Of a DNA stretch of 64,000 bases, positions 1 to 12,082 are shown in pieces. The stretch is taken from NCBI GenBank assembly GCA_964016885.1, contig OZ024750.1, forward strand, positions 21,328,001-21,392,000. Direction: 5' to 3'. The translations under genes and the position numbers were made by a program. The stretch's first letter is position 1, and the number at the start of each line of letters is the position of its first letter. The DNA comes from Eledone cirrhosa (Eukaryota). The notes beneath the pieces are model-generated. The model ran no database searches. It saw nothing but the letters and a program-made list of their open reading frames with translations, and had not been told where the DNA came from.

Positions 1-93
1 AAAACCATATTTATTTCATTATTCAACTTTTCAAATACAAGTCGATGTTGTACGGTATGTCAAATCTATTTATCTATAAAACTGTTTATATTG

Positions 94-159
94 TATTTTG
101 TCTGAGGAAGGCATAGCATATTGTTAATATGATATCCCTGAAATATATATAATGAAATA
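94..159 (+). ncRNA. Minimal type I hammerhead ribozyme motif in a Penelope-terminal-like repeat
   Basis: tattttgt-CTGAGGA-agg(catagcatattgttaatatgatatc)cct-GAAA-tatata-TA-atgaaata: intact core, stem I with two G-U pairs, stem II agg/cct plus catatt/aatatg, palindromic short stem III, AUA cleavage triplet. Confidence 0.75.
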
Positions 160-1289
160 AATATGGTTTTATAAATATAGTTTCCATTTATTTAATATCG
201 TATACATATATATATATATTTGTGTGTGTGTGTGTGTCTGTATAACTACCTATGCATATGCATACACAGATATAGCATAAAATTATAAATACACACTCAC
301 ACACGCATGCAAATTATTTTTATCGAAACATATTGAGAACTGGCAATGGTTATGAAGAATTTTCTTGGACGTATATTTGCTTGTCATCAAACTTGTGCAC
401 AGCAGATATAATTGAGAGTTCACACGCTATTAGTGGATTCCTTGACTAATTCTCTTAGATTTACAGAGATAATTAATGAGAGCAAACAATTCAGAAAAGG
501 GGTGATGTCGCTTCTTGCCTCGGTACAATACAAAAACGCCAACTATTAAAACAACACACATGTAAATTGCTGGAAGTGGTGTGGTGACAGGGCGGTTGTT
601 GAACATGTAAAGATGTGAGGAAAACAATCAAATTTTTCATTAAATTGCCCCAAACCAACTTTCGAATCGAAAACCAATCAGGAAGAATACTTTAAATGCT
701 GTAGTCATGCATACGCATACAAATATGAGATTGTTACCGCTAAAATATCTGATCATAAGCCTTTTTGATTGGGATATACCTGGGAATGAACAACATCAAT
801 CACGATAGCACGCAGAAGAATATCTATATAATTTGATTAGAGAGACCGTGAACTATTTATTGTAAGGAACAACATAGAGAGATGAGCTCTTAGGTTATAT
901 GTTTCATCTGTGGCACAATTTGCAAACATTCTGGCTACGGCAGACTAAATTATTCATTTCCAACCAGCCATAAATTTCAGAAAAAGTGCAAGGAGTAGTA
1001 GATTCTCTCTTTTCTTCTAGGTATAATCTGTTATTGAAAATATCAACCCACGTATAATACTAGTAATATATTTACTTAGTTCCTCATGACTGAAACAATA
1101 AAGATTATTCGGTGGCTTAATTTTCAAAACTGGTTAATGCATTTTAGTTTCTGATCTGAAGACGGATTCCATCATACCCCAAAGTCCTCCCATGTCTTCA
1201 CTTTGGATGCATTTACTGCCTCTGCTGCGATTCTACGTGTTGCTTGTAAAGCAAGTGCAAGCAGGAGGACATATTTTCAGGCTAAACTT

Positions 1290-1730
1290 TGTAAGCCTCC
1301 TCCAATTCACTATCTTTAATTCAGTATTCGTGCCACGCCTTACCCATGGTCATGAATCGCGGGTAACGAAAGAAAGAGTACCATCGCGAATACAAGCCTC
1401 CGAAATAGGGTGCCTGCGAAGGGTATTTGGAGTAAGGTTACTCGATAGAGAGATCAAAGACTCACTCTAGGTAGAGCCTCTACTTCTCCGAATTGAGAGA
1501 TCACCGCTCTGATACTATGGACATGTGGTTAGAATGTCTAAGGCAAGAATCGCTGGACAGATTTTACGGGAAAACCAATCGGCAGGAGACTCCGGCATAG
1601 AACCCGAGCCAGGTGCTTGGCTGGTCTCACTTCGGGATCCAGCTGGAGCAGGTGGAGACGGTTGCTGAAGAAGAAGAGGAGGAAATTTAAGGGTAATACA
1701 TGACGACGTCACTACGACTTCACCAGGAGT
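1290..1730 (+). mobile_element. Decayed RTE-clade LINE, 3' fragment
   Basis: Translates to FNSVFVPRLTHGHES..SRIQASEIGCLRRVFGVRLLDR..VEPLLLRIERSPL*YYGHVVRM, typical RTE post-RT region; in-frame stops. Confidence 0.8.
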
Positions 1731-3340
1731 TAAGTAACCATAGCTGACATGGATGCAATGCCATATATGTGAACACGCTTCAGACAGAGATTGAAGCTAT
1801 AACGTCGTTTAATGATTCATGGAGATTCTTTATTCCATGGCTGGGAAGAGCACATATTAACCACAGGTTTGCGATCAGAATGCTATCAACTAATACGCTC
1901 GGTATAAATCATCTAAGAACGAAATGGTGGCGTTACTCAATGTAAAGTTTTAAATCTACAACTCAAGATGTGTTAGCACTAACCCAATTGTCTTCCATTG
2001 TTTGCTCGTCTGCCAAAATCTACTCACAGTTTTTGTGTAAATTTGCAATTATAGCAAAATTCATTTGCTGAAAAAGCTGCACAAAACTATATAGCTGTGA
2101 AGTAATACATAAACCAATTTTTTTAATGAGTGCTTATGGTCACCACAATTGTATACACCCCAAATTATTATAACATTAAAAAGAAAATACGACGGTGTGA
2201 TGATATCTGTCATATATACATGATATTAGGTAAACATAAACGATAGCTATAACTCATAAAAATTGTACAGATTTATATCAAAAAGCAATTCCCTGGTATA
2301 TGTTTTTTAAAGATACGGAAATATTCTTAACAATTTTGTTTACTGTACGATATAAACCTACAATTTTCATACGATTTTGAAATATATATTTCTTTGTATC
2401 TACCAATATTATTCGACGTTTTTATGTAGTAGATATCGTGAGATCGTTTGGAGATCTGATAAACTAATTTGGATACTGATAATATCTGATAATATCTAAC
2501 TTATATTCTGATTGTGGCTCGTCTTTCCTGCTGAGTTTGAAGAACACTGATGTACTACAAGTTCTGGAATAAATATTTACACAAATCTTGTTAAAACAAG
2601 CAAATAGCTGTCCAGATGAAAGTAATTTCATGATATTGGAATCAGTGCAGCCAATACGCCTCGTAAGAGGCAATGGGTAAACGCTTATGACTCTTATAAA
2701 AACAGACGTGCCAAAATGTACATGTTAATGTATATGTTATTACTTGGGTTTAAAAGAAATCTACAATCAATAGTGTGTTATGATATCTATAATATTAGAT
2801 ACTTTGCAAAGGAAATTTGTTTCCTTGGTGTAATATTCATTCAAGTGTCATTAACTTCTAGTTTGAGACATTATACTAAACATATATTAATACTCTAAAT
2901 ATGATGCAACTATACAAACTGCGAATCGGAGAAAATACGACAATACGATGCGTTACGTTACGGAAATGTATGTGCTCAGTTCAAATCTCATCGTCATCAA
3001 CTTTGATTGTTATGCCACCAGTATTGATAAAATAACGTACCAGTCACTTTTGTGTGCGATTTAATAGATTTACTCTTACTCTTAAATTACTGGTCCATGT
3101 CGAATTTAAATCTCATTATTTGCTTCTATTCTTCCATGCTGGATTCAATGCAATGGAGTTCATCTTTACTTTCAATCTTTCTGGAAAATTCCACGACTAG
3201 CATATAGGCCCAACTTCCAGTCATTTATCTTTGTTGCATAGTAATATGATCCCTACCTTGCATCGGGGTTTCAGTCCACGGTATTTTATAAAATATTGTC
3301 TATCAGAAGGTATTATGAACAAATAATATTATTTACTAAT

Positions 3341-3532
3341 GGCGGCGGATTGGCAGTATCAGGAGATGGACTGACGCCATGCTTTACAGCAATGCGTTAC
3401 GGCCCTTTATGGTCTGAGTTCAAATCCCGCCGAGTTTAACTTTGCCTTTCATCCTTACGGGGTGGATAAAATAAAGTATCAGTAATACACTGGATCATTG
3501 CTGGCCTTGTGCCAAAAGAAGAAACAATTATT
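3341..3532 (+). mobile_element. tRNA-derived SINE (octopus-type)
   Basis: A-box-like tggcagtatcagg, B box gttcaaatcc, body actttgcctttcatccttacgggg..gataaaataaagta, end ctggccttgtgcc..gaaac; multicopy in the window. Confidence 0.85.
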
Positions 3533-5193
3533 TACTAATATTACCCATGTAAATCCCATACATGAATAAATGCATGCTCGTGTAAGAAAAATGTGATTCG
3601 TACTTAGTACAAACTGGTCGCAAATTCCTAAACACATTGTCGCATGCAGAGAGAAAGGGGGCGGGAGAGTGAGAGGGAGAGGGAAAGAGAGATATAAGGA
3701 ATATTGCATTCAATGAACTTTGGAGAGGGCATTTACTTATTTCTTGTTTGGAGATGCTTCGTTAAATGCTATTGTCTACATTTGTTGCCAACGTATGGAA
3801 TATAATTCTTAAGCGATTTCATATCCCCGTACGGCAATCCACCATCCATCGTGTATTTATTTATGAATACATACAAATATATACCTAAAAGACAAATCTG
3901 TGATAGCTTCTGAAATACAAAGGACAGTAATAATATATTGCTTTATTATATACTGTCATACAATAATTCTGAATAGATCTGTTCTCCCCATTTTACAACT
4001 GTAATAAAATGACACAGTATCAAAATATCAGTTACGAAGGCATACCAGGGATTCTTTAGTAATTCGGTCGACGTAGCAAGTTAGAGAAGTAAATCACTTT
4101 TATTGGACATTTTAGTAAGGATCACCTGCTCTAAGATGTAATCTGAATTCAGTATTCTGCAACATCCAAATAGAATGATTACATTTTAGAAAACCGATAA
4201 AACAATGCTTAATTTAACTAGAAGAGAAACCGAGCCATAGATTTAACAGCGCCAGCCTAAGGCTTTTGATAATTACAGCCTAAAGGGTTTGTGATGTAAA
4301 TTACTGCAATCTACATCAGAAAATCGAAACATTGATCAAGTAAACAAATTAAGTAACTTCTCTGCCAATTAAAGCCTGTAACCCACACCATAGATTTGGA
4401 GTATCAGCCAGGCCAAACCTGGGGTTGGTGAGAAGCGATATGTAATATATAGCAATGGGCTGTGATGATTGATCGAGAAAATACAGTAAGCTACTATATC
4501 TTGCCAATACAAACATTCTTTTCGATGTCTAATATTTGTATTTGACTAAATGAAAAAATCTTATAAATTACATTTACATAGACTCTGCACACACTAATGA
4601 AATGTATTCGATAGAACACAATATACACATATACACAAGCATACACATGGGCCAGATTATATATACTGCCGTGTTTATGTATATATTATTGGTCTAGCAG
4701 TACTGTACATTGCTTCATATAACTGTATAATGCGTGTGAGGTAGGAATGTATGTATGTGTATGGAAATGTATTATGATTGTGGTATGATAATGTTCATAT
4801 ATAATTGTGTATTATGTGTGTAGTAGAAGAGTATGTATGAAATGGGTCTGATAGAAAGGTCGTAAACGTGGAGCAAAATTAGTCCACGTAAGTCTTTCGA
4901 TTTCCTGTTGAAATTGTTTCATTATCTTCGCTAACATTAAGAAGAACAGCATGAAAATAGAAGAACGCAACAAACAGAATTTTCAATGACCTAGGAATTG
5001 TATTCTTATCATATATGAGCTTGATTGTTTATGTAGTGTATATATATGTATGTGTGTATGTGTGTATGTGTGTCTGTGTGTGTATGTGTGTAACAGAAAA
5101 TAGAAGGAATCACGTAGAGTTTATGTATACGTTCAATGAGAATGATTCAGACTATGCACTATACATAGGATAATATGAAATGAATATATACAA

Positions 5194-5272
<79 letters not shown>

Positions 5273-5660
5273 CACATACATAGATTGTGAGTAAAACAAC
5301 AACGGACGAGAGAGATGTTGAAACACAAAGAGAATCAGACAGATTGAAAACACAGTAGCAATGCAAATATACTATCATTAGACAGTAGTGCTTCATTGAA
5401 AATAAAAGTCACTGTGTTTTGACATGAGAATGGCAGGAACACGAAGATCAAATGATTGCTGAGATGACTTCAAATGTCAAAGGCCATTCTTATAAAAGTA
5501 ACCAATAAGAAGTAATGATTTCTTATGCACAAATATGGAAATAAGGCGATGTAACTTTCGTGCTACTTTCGATAGCTTTTTAGGTATTCAGCGTAAAACC
5601 GATCTCTTTTGGTAGATTAGAGTAACCGATTTCCTTTTAAACTGCTTTAACCTTATTATT

Positions 5661-6525
5661 ACCGGTCGATGGTCGGACGACATGCTTTGAAGCATAGAGT
5701 TACCTCTCTGTACGATCTGAGTTCAAATCCCGCCGAGGTTGACTTTGCCTTTCATCCTTACGGGGTCGATAAAATAAAAACCAGTAACGCACTGGGGTCG
5801 ATTTAATTGACTTTTCCCTCCCCCCAAATTACTGGCCTTGTGCCTATACTAGAAATTATTATTATTATAATTATTGGCGGATTGGCAATGTCGGTAGAGC
5901 GTCGGACAACATGCTTTGCAACATAGCTATGACCCTTTGCGTTCTGATTTCAAATCCCGCCGAGGTTAACTTTGCCTTTCATCCTTACGGGGTCGATAAA
6001 ATAAAGTGCCAGTACCAGGTTGATTAATCGACTCTTCCCTCCTCCAAAAATTGCTGGCCTTATGCCTAAAGTAGAAACAATTATTATTAATATTATTATT
6101 ATTGGCGGATTGGCAATATCGGTAGAGAGTCGGCCAACATGCTTTGCAGCACAGAGTTACGTCTCTTTACGGACTGGGTTCAAATCCCGCCAAGGTTAAC
6201 TTTGCCTTTCATCCTTTTGGGGTTGATAAAATAAAGTACCAGTCACGAACTGGGGTGGATTTGATCGACTTTCCCCTCCCCAAAATTGTTGGCCTTGTGC
6301 CTATATAAGAAACCATTATTATTATTATTATTGGCTGTATCGGTAAAGGATTCGACGCAATGCTTTGCAGCATAGAGTTACGGCCCTTACCATTCTGAGT
6401 TCAAATCCTGCCGAGGTTAACTTTGCTTTTTATCCTTACAGGGTCGATAAAATAAAATACCAGTAATACACTGGGATAATTGCTGGCCCTGTCCCAAAAG
6501 TAGAAACAATTGTTATTATTATCAT
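5661..6525 (+). mobile_element. Four head-to-tail copies of the tRNA-derived SINE
   Basis: B box plus body repeated at about 5720, 5950, 6180 and 6400; copies are diverged from each other and separated by (TTA)n tails. Confidence 0.9.
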
Positions 6526-7057
6526 TAGTCATAGGATGACATACACTGACTAGGATTCTTTGTAGGATCCCATAAAATTCTGATGGGAAAAATGCAGTAA
6601 AGACTTGATAGGCTACTGAACATTCGGTACAACTGTGTGCAAGATATGTGCTATACTCACGGCATCCCCGTGGTGTTAAATGGAGAGACATTAGGTAATC
6701 TTGTACAGAAATAGGTACAGTCTTCTCGACGGTCGTCATGGAGGAAGAAACCAATCCAGAGAGCATACGTCAGAAACATTGCAACATTCTGCATATCACT
6801 AAATCCAGCCTCTCTACATGCTGAGAGCTCAGACCGGACGACAGATCAAGAATAGTTACATACACATACATGTCTGCATAAAATGGTTGTTAGTTATGTC
6901 GTCTAAATACATTTGGCTGTCCTCTTATCAGAATTCACAATCCTGACCTGAAGTCTGATAAACAGTCAACTTCCTAAATTCTACTGATACTTCATAGAAT
7001 TACAAATATTTATATGTTTCTTAAAAATGAAATGTTGGACAATCGAGTTTATGTGTA

Positions 7058-7250
7058 AATAATAATTGTTTCTACTTTTGACACAAGGCCAGCAATAATC
7101 GCAGTGTATTACTGGTACTTTATTTTATCGAACCCGTAAGGATGAAAGGCAAAGTTAACCTCAGCGGGATTTGAACTCAGGCCATAAAGGGCCGTAACTC
7201 TGTGCTGCAAACCATGGCGTCCGACCCTCTACTGATACTGCTAATCCACC
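7058..7250 (-). mobile_element. tRNA-derived SINE
   Basis: Reverse complement of the same family (ggatgaaaggcaaagttaacctcagcgggatttgaac). Confidence 0.88.
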
Positions 7251-7732
7251 AAATAATAATGTGCAACACACACACTGAAGCTTCATATACTCAATCTTAT
7301 ATATTAACGAGCACCATACGTAAAATGTTACATACGATAAAACGCTGAAGTTTCTAACTACACATCACTTTTAATCTGTGATTATTAATCAAACAGTGGT
7401 CTAGTATAGCGTGCAAAATTGTGCCAATCTCTAAAGAAACACACTACGGAAGAATGATTAACCCTTCCCGAATTAGCCAGTCGGGTAGCTAGCTCGATGT
7501 AATGCACAATAGTGTTAGTATGGCGTTACACGGCAGTTATCTACACAACAAACATCTGTAGTATAGCTGATAAACATTAAACCGTACACACTCCTTAAAC
7601 TACAATCAATAGTATAACATAATTTAGGCAATTATTTTCATATATTTTCCTCTTACTTCTACTGACAATTGTCCCGAAATACCATCAGAATTTATTTTCT
7701 ATTCTCTGGCCTCCTATCTCCAGTAAAGAATG

Positions 7733-7734
<2 letters not shown>

Positions 7735-7816
<82 letters not shown>

Positions 7817-7857
7817 AAATGTATATATATATATATATATGTAAATGTATATATGTG

Positions 7858-7888
<31 letters not shown>

Positions 7889-8143
7889 ATATGTATATAT
7901 CTATATATGTATATATATATATATTTATATATATGTGTATATATATATGTATATATATATGTATATATATGTGTATATGTATATATATATTTATATATAT
8001 GTGTATATGTATATATATATTTATATATATGTGTATATATATATATTTATATCTATGTGTATATATATATATATATTTATATATATGTGTATATAAATGT
8101 ATATATATATTTATATATATGTGTATATATATTCATATATATG

Positions 8144-8175
<32 letters not shown>

Positions 8176-8185
8176 CGTGTGCGTG
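7735..8185. repeat. (TA)n/(TG)n compound microsatellite
   Basis: Direct reading. Confidence 0.97.
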
Positions 8186-9600
8186 CGGGTTATTCTTTTG
8201 TTCATTTTTAAAAGATTTTTCTTCTCTTTGTATTTCATGGTTTATCTCATCATTAAGCATTTTCGCTTCCATTTCCATTTATTTATTTATTTATTCCGCC
8301 CCTCATTTTCACGGAACTCTAAACACCTAATCATCTAAATTGATTTAAGAGAAACTGAAACAATACAAACGCTGTGAATAATTGCCCCCACCCAATGAAT
8401 CGATATCAAAAACAAAACTAATCATAGCATTGTTTGTTCCTCGATAGTATTAAGAGCGTGCGAGAGATGGCGATTTAAAAATATTTCGATCTGCTTCGCT
8501 GGTGAGGAGTTGCTCAACCATAAATGCTCTTTTATTAATTAATTCAAATTATGTCGATATATTTTTTTTTCAAATAAACGGACAAAAGTAAAACAACATT
8601 ATTTCTCTGTTGTTCCGTTGTTTAAAGTTTAACTCTGTAGTTAATTAGCCTTTGCTTCTTTCTTTCTTTCTTTTGTCGGGCGACTGTACATAACTTAGGG
8701 TAATTTGTTACTTCAATATCGTTACAAAAAATGTATAAATATATGAAGATTCGTGTAAAAGGGAAACATTTACTCTTATATTTTGATATAATGGTTTCAC
8801 TATATAATATTAAAGTTATTTATCTCTTTACCTCCGTATTTTTGTTCATGCTTACACGGGTTCGACTGTGTAATGTTATATCTAAATAATTAAACTATTT
8901 CCCATTTTTATGTTTGACAGATTAGGCAATATTGATTTCGTACATATACATATATTGCCACACAGTTAAAGGAATCATGAACTGTCCATAGTTTCCCTAG
9001 TGTCAACATGGACATAAGGGAAATAAACACGATGAAGCTATTTTAAATTTGAATCTATACAAGATCATAGGCAAAATCCTTAGACGGAAATTATTTAGAA
9101 GCAGTCGGATAGATTATACGTGTAATTCAAAGAACCGGCTTTCACACACAATATTACGCTGAATCTGTATAGGATCTAAGTTATGGCATGTGCAGCCAGC
9201 TACAAGTTATTTTCACGAGGACTTTCTTTGTTTGAATACCTCGAATACACTTCGTCGAAAACTTCCAAGGTTTTATCCATCCAACATTTATGTTTGGGAT
9301 CAGAGAGAATTTCCGAGATATGTGAATTAACTCGTACCAATTGGTTGTTTGGTGACACAGTAAATACATTTGGCGGAGTTTGCTAAATATTGCTAATTTC
9401 AGATTTGTTTTGAGAATACCTAATCACTCTTAATGATTAATATATTATAAACTAACTTATATCATATAAGTTATAATGAGAAATGTAATGGTGATGGATT
9501 AGCCGAATATTTAAAGAGGTGGACAAGTAGGTATGATATATGGTTTTCTATTTAGATCCTGTGTTCAAATCCTACATTACCTTTTAGACTTCCGTATTTA

Positions 9601-9767
9601 CCGTATTTCCCGGCGTCGAAGCCGCTACTTTTTTCCTAAAATAAGTCTCAAAAATCTACCATGCATCCTGGCGGCCGAAGGTTGTTTATTATTTATTTCA
9701 AATTTTTGGTTGTCAAAATTAGGGTGCGTTCTCGAGGACGAAGCGTCTTCGGCGCCGAAAAATACGG
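9601..9767. mobile_element. MITE, pogo/Tigger-like (Tc1/mariner superfamily)
   Basis: Imperfect TIRs ccgtatttcccggcgtcgaag / cttcggcgccgaaaaatacgg, TA on both sides (9599-9600, 9768-9769), no coding capacity. Confidence 0.75.
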
Positions 9768-10650
9768 TAGGTACTGAAATCTATGTAATCATATAACCCC
9801 TCCTATAGTACGTTGCTCGCCGTGTGCTTATTTTAGAAATCACATAAAGAGTAGAAACTTAATAATGGGTGGCAATAATAAATGTTAACATTAGTAGACA
9901 TTGAACATACAAAAATAGTACTGGAATTTGATGATTATAGAGATACCGTAGGCCTACGTATTCCTTTATTTTGATGACTGCTTGCACATGTACAGAACAG
10001 AGCACATCGCTAACTATGATTTAAGTTTGGGTGGTAGAAATAGAAAATCTACACTACACTCGAGCCTCTGTTTCTTTTCCCCCTCTCTGATTCTATAATT
10101 CTGTCTTTCTCTCACTCTCACTCCAACAAACAACCGAAGTAAAGTAACCTCGTCTTATATCATTATCCTAACTGGTTTCTGTCTCATCTCAATGGAGACT
10201 TGAATTGTTATGTAATAATCTCTCTCTACATTAAGCATCAATATATTCAATCTGTAGGAAGAGAAGATCAATTTCAGAATTTCGATGAAATATGATACGT
10301 TTTCATGTGAATGATTCTCTCTATTAAGTTTCAAATTTGAAAAACGATTAAATAGAAATATGAATTGCAGATAAACGATTAAAATGGCGGAATAAACTAA
10401 CCGATAAATTACTAATCATGCTTAAAAGCAAACTCACCAAAGTTCACAATTGAGTAGAATAATAATTAGGCTATAATTGCAAACAGGCAAGTACATGATT
10501 AATGAATGTGAGTGATTATGAAAGTATTAATTAAATGCAAGCAATCAATATTCCCCTAATGTATCATATTATTGAAACAACGACAGATGTTATGCTCCTC
10601 TCCTCACCAAGAGAATATTCCTCACTGAATTATATATTATTTGTTGATGA

Positions 10651-10717
<67 letters not shown>

Positions 10718-10726
10718 CACACAGAC

Positions 10727-10760
<34 letters not shown>

Positions 10761-11213
10761 GTGTGTGTGTGTGTAGTATATATAGTAATGCGTATTGATT
10801 TATCGTAGGTCAACTATTTATTTTAATCGAAACATATATACAAACATAGATAAATGTGTGAAAGTTGATGAGAGTTTCAAACATAATTTATTATGGATAT
10901 ATATATGATACTACGAATTGCTAAATCACAGCAGCAATGTATAATGTCTAACACAGACACATTAGTAGCAGAACTTATATGTATGTGTGTTATGAAATCC
11001 GACATAACCAAATGATATCTGACATACATTTTGCTTAAAGTAATAATAACCTGAAAAATAATTAAAAAGTGTTCATGTGGCCACAGTTGGGGCATATTTA
11101 CAGAGTTTATCAATGTATATTGTATGTTGAATATTCCTGCTCTTTGTATACTGATTTCAGATGCTGCCAGAGTCAAATTAGCTACTCGGATAGAAGAATA
11201 TATATATATATTA

Positions 11214-11302
<89 letters not shown>

Positions 11303-11644
11303 TGAAGAAGTATTCATATCTCTACACGAGTATGGATACAAGTATAGATACATACATACGTACAGACTGTCCAACCTATACTGACTTTGGTTCAAATGAA
11401 AGAGGTAATAAAATTAACAGATTTAGAGCCAAATGATATCAAATATGGAATAAGCTAACAAGTAAACAATCTTTACTTACTCACTTTAATGTCCCTACTG
11501 CAGTTTCATTAGGAAAATAGCGGCACTCTGTGTAGAATATCGCGAGAAAGCCTAAATCATCAGGAGACTTTCTCTGTCCATAAACAAAATTCAAGACAAG
11601 ATTTCGAATGAAAAAACTATCACGTGACAAGTATATATATATAT

Positions 11645-11675
<31 letters not shown>

Positions 11676-11818
11676 TTTTATGCCATAGAAACTGATTGTC
11701 AGAATTATGTGGGCATCATATGATACTTTTGTAGTCTTTGTCCTGGTTCTTTGCTTTTTTCTATTCAAGCCCATGTGTAGCCTGATTGGGTGTTAGACAT
11801 TATATAGCATAGTTTCAA

Positions 11819-11884
<66 letters not shown>

Positions 11885-11932
11885 CGTGATGGACTAGGAA
11901 CAAGAGAACTCAATACCTAAGTGGAGTTTAGA

Positions 11933-12082
11933 TATTCATTTATTACACCTAAGTAGTAAGACCTGGTTACTCTGGAGTGTCACAAATGCACTCGCCGGAT
12001 CTTCAGACATGAACCTAGTCTCATGATCCTGCGTGAAACTCCAGAATAACAAGACTCACTACTTAGTCGTAATAAGTGAATA
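11933..12082. repeat. Imperfect fold-back between (TA)n tracts with decayed hammerhead-like cores
   Basis: Arms tattcatttattac..taagtagt..tctggagtgtcac / gtgaaactccaga..actactta..gtaataagtgaata; CTCATGA-tcctgcgt-GAAA on + and CTGAAGA on -. Confidence 0.55.

Noticed and set aside
3341-3440. tRNA genes at SINE heads
   Set aside because: A/B boxes are present but no convincing cloverleaf; each continues into the SINE body
7805-8338. Long YI/CV/HT-rich ORFs here and at 16.3-17.3, 26.7-27.3, 28.6-30.9, 42-44, 46.3-47.1 and 62-63 kb
   Set aside because: Translations of stop-free (TA)/(TG)/(CA) microsatellites
11540-11575. CTGATGA on the minus strand
   Set aside because: Lies in a simple hairpin loop with no correctly placed GAAA or cleavage triplet
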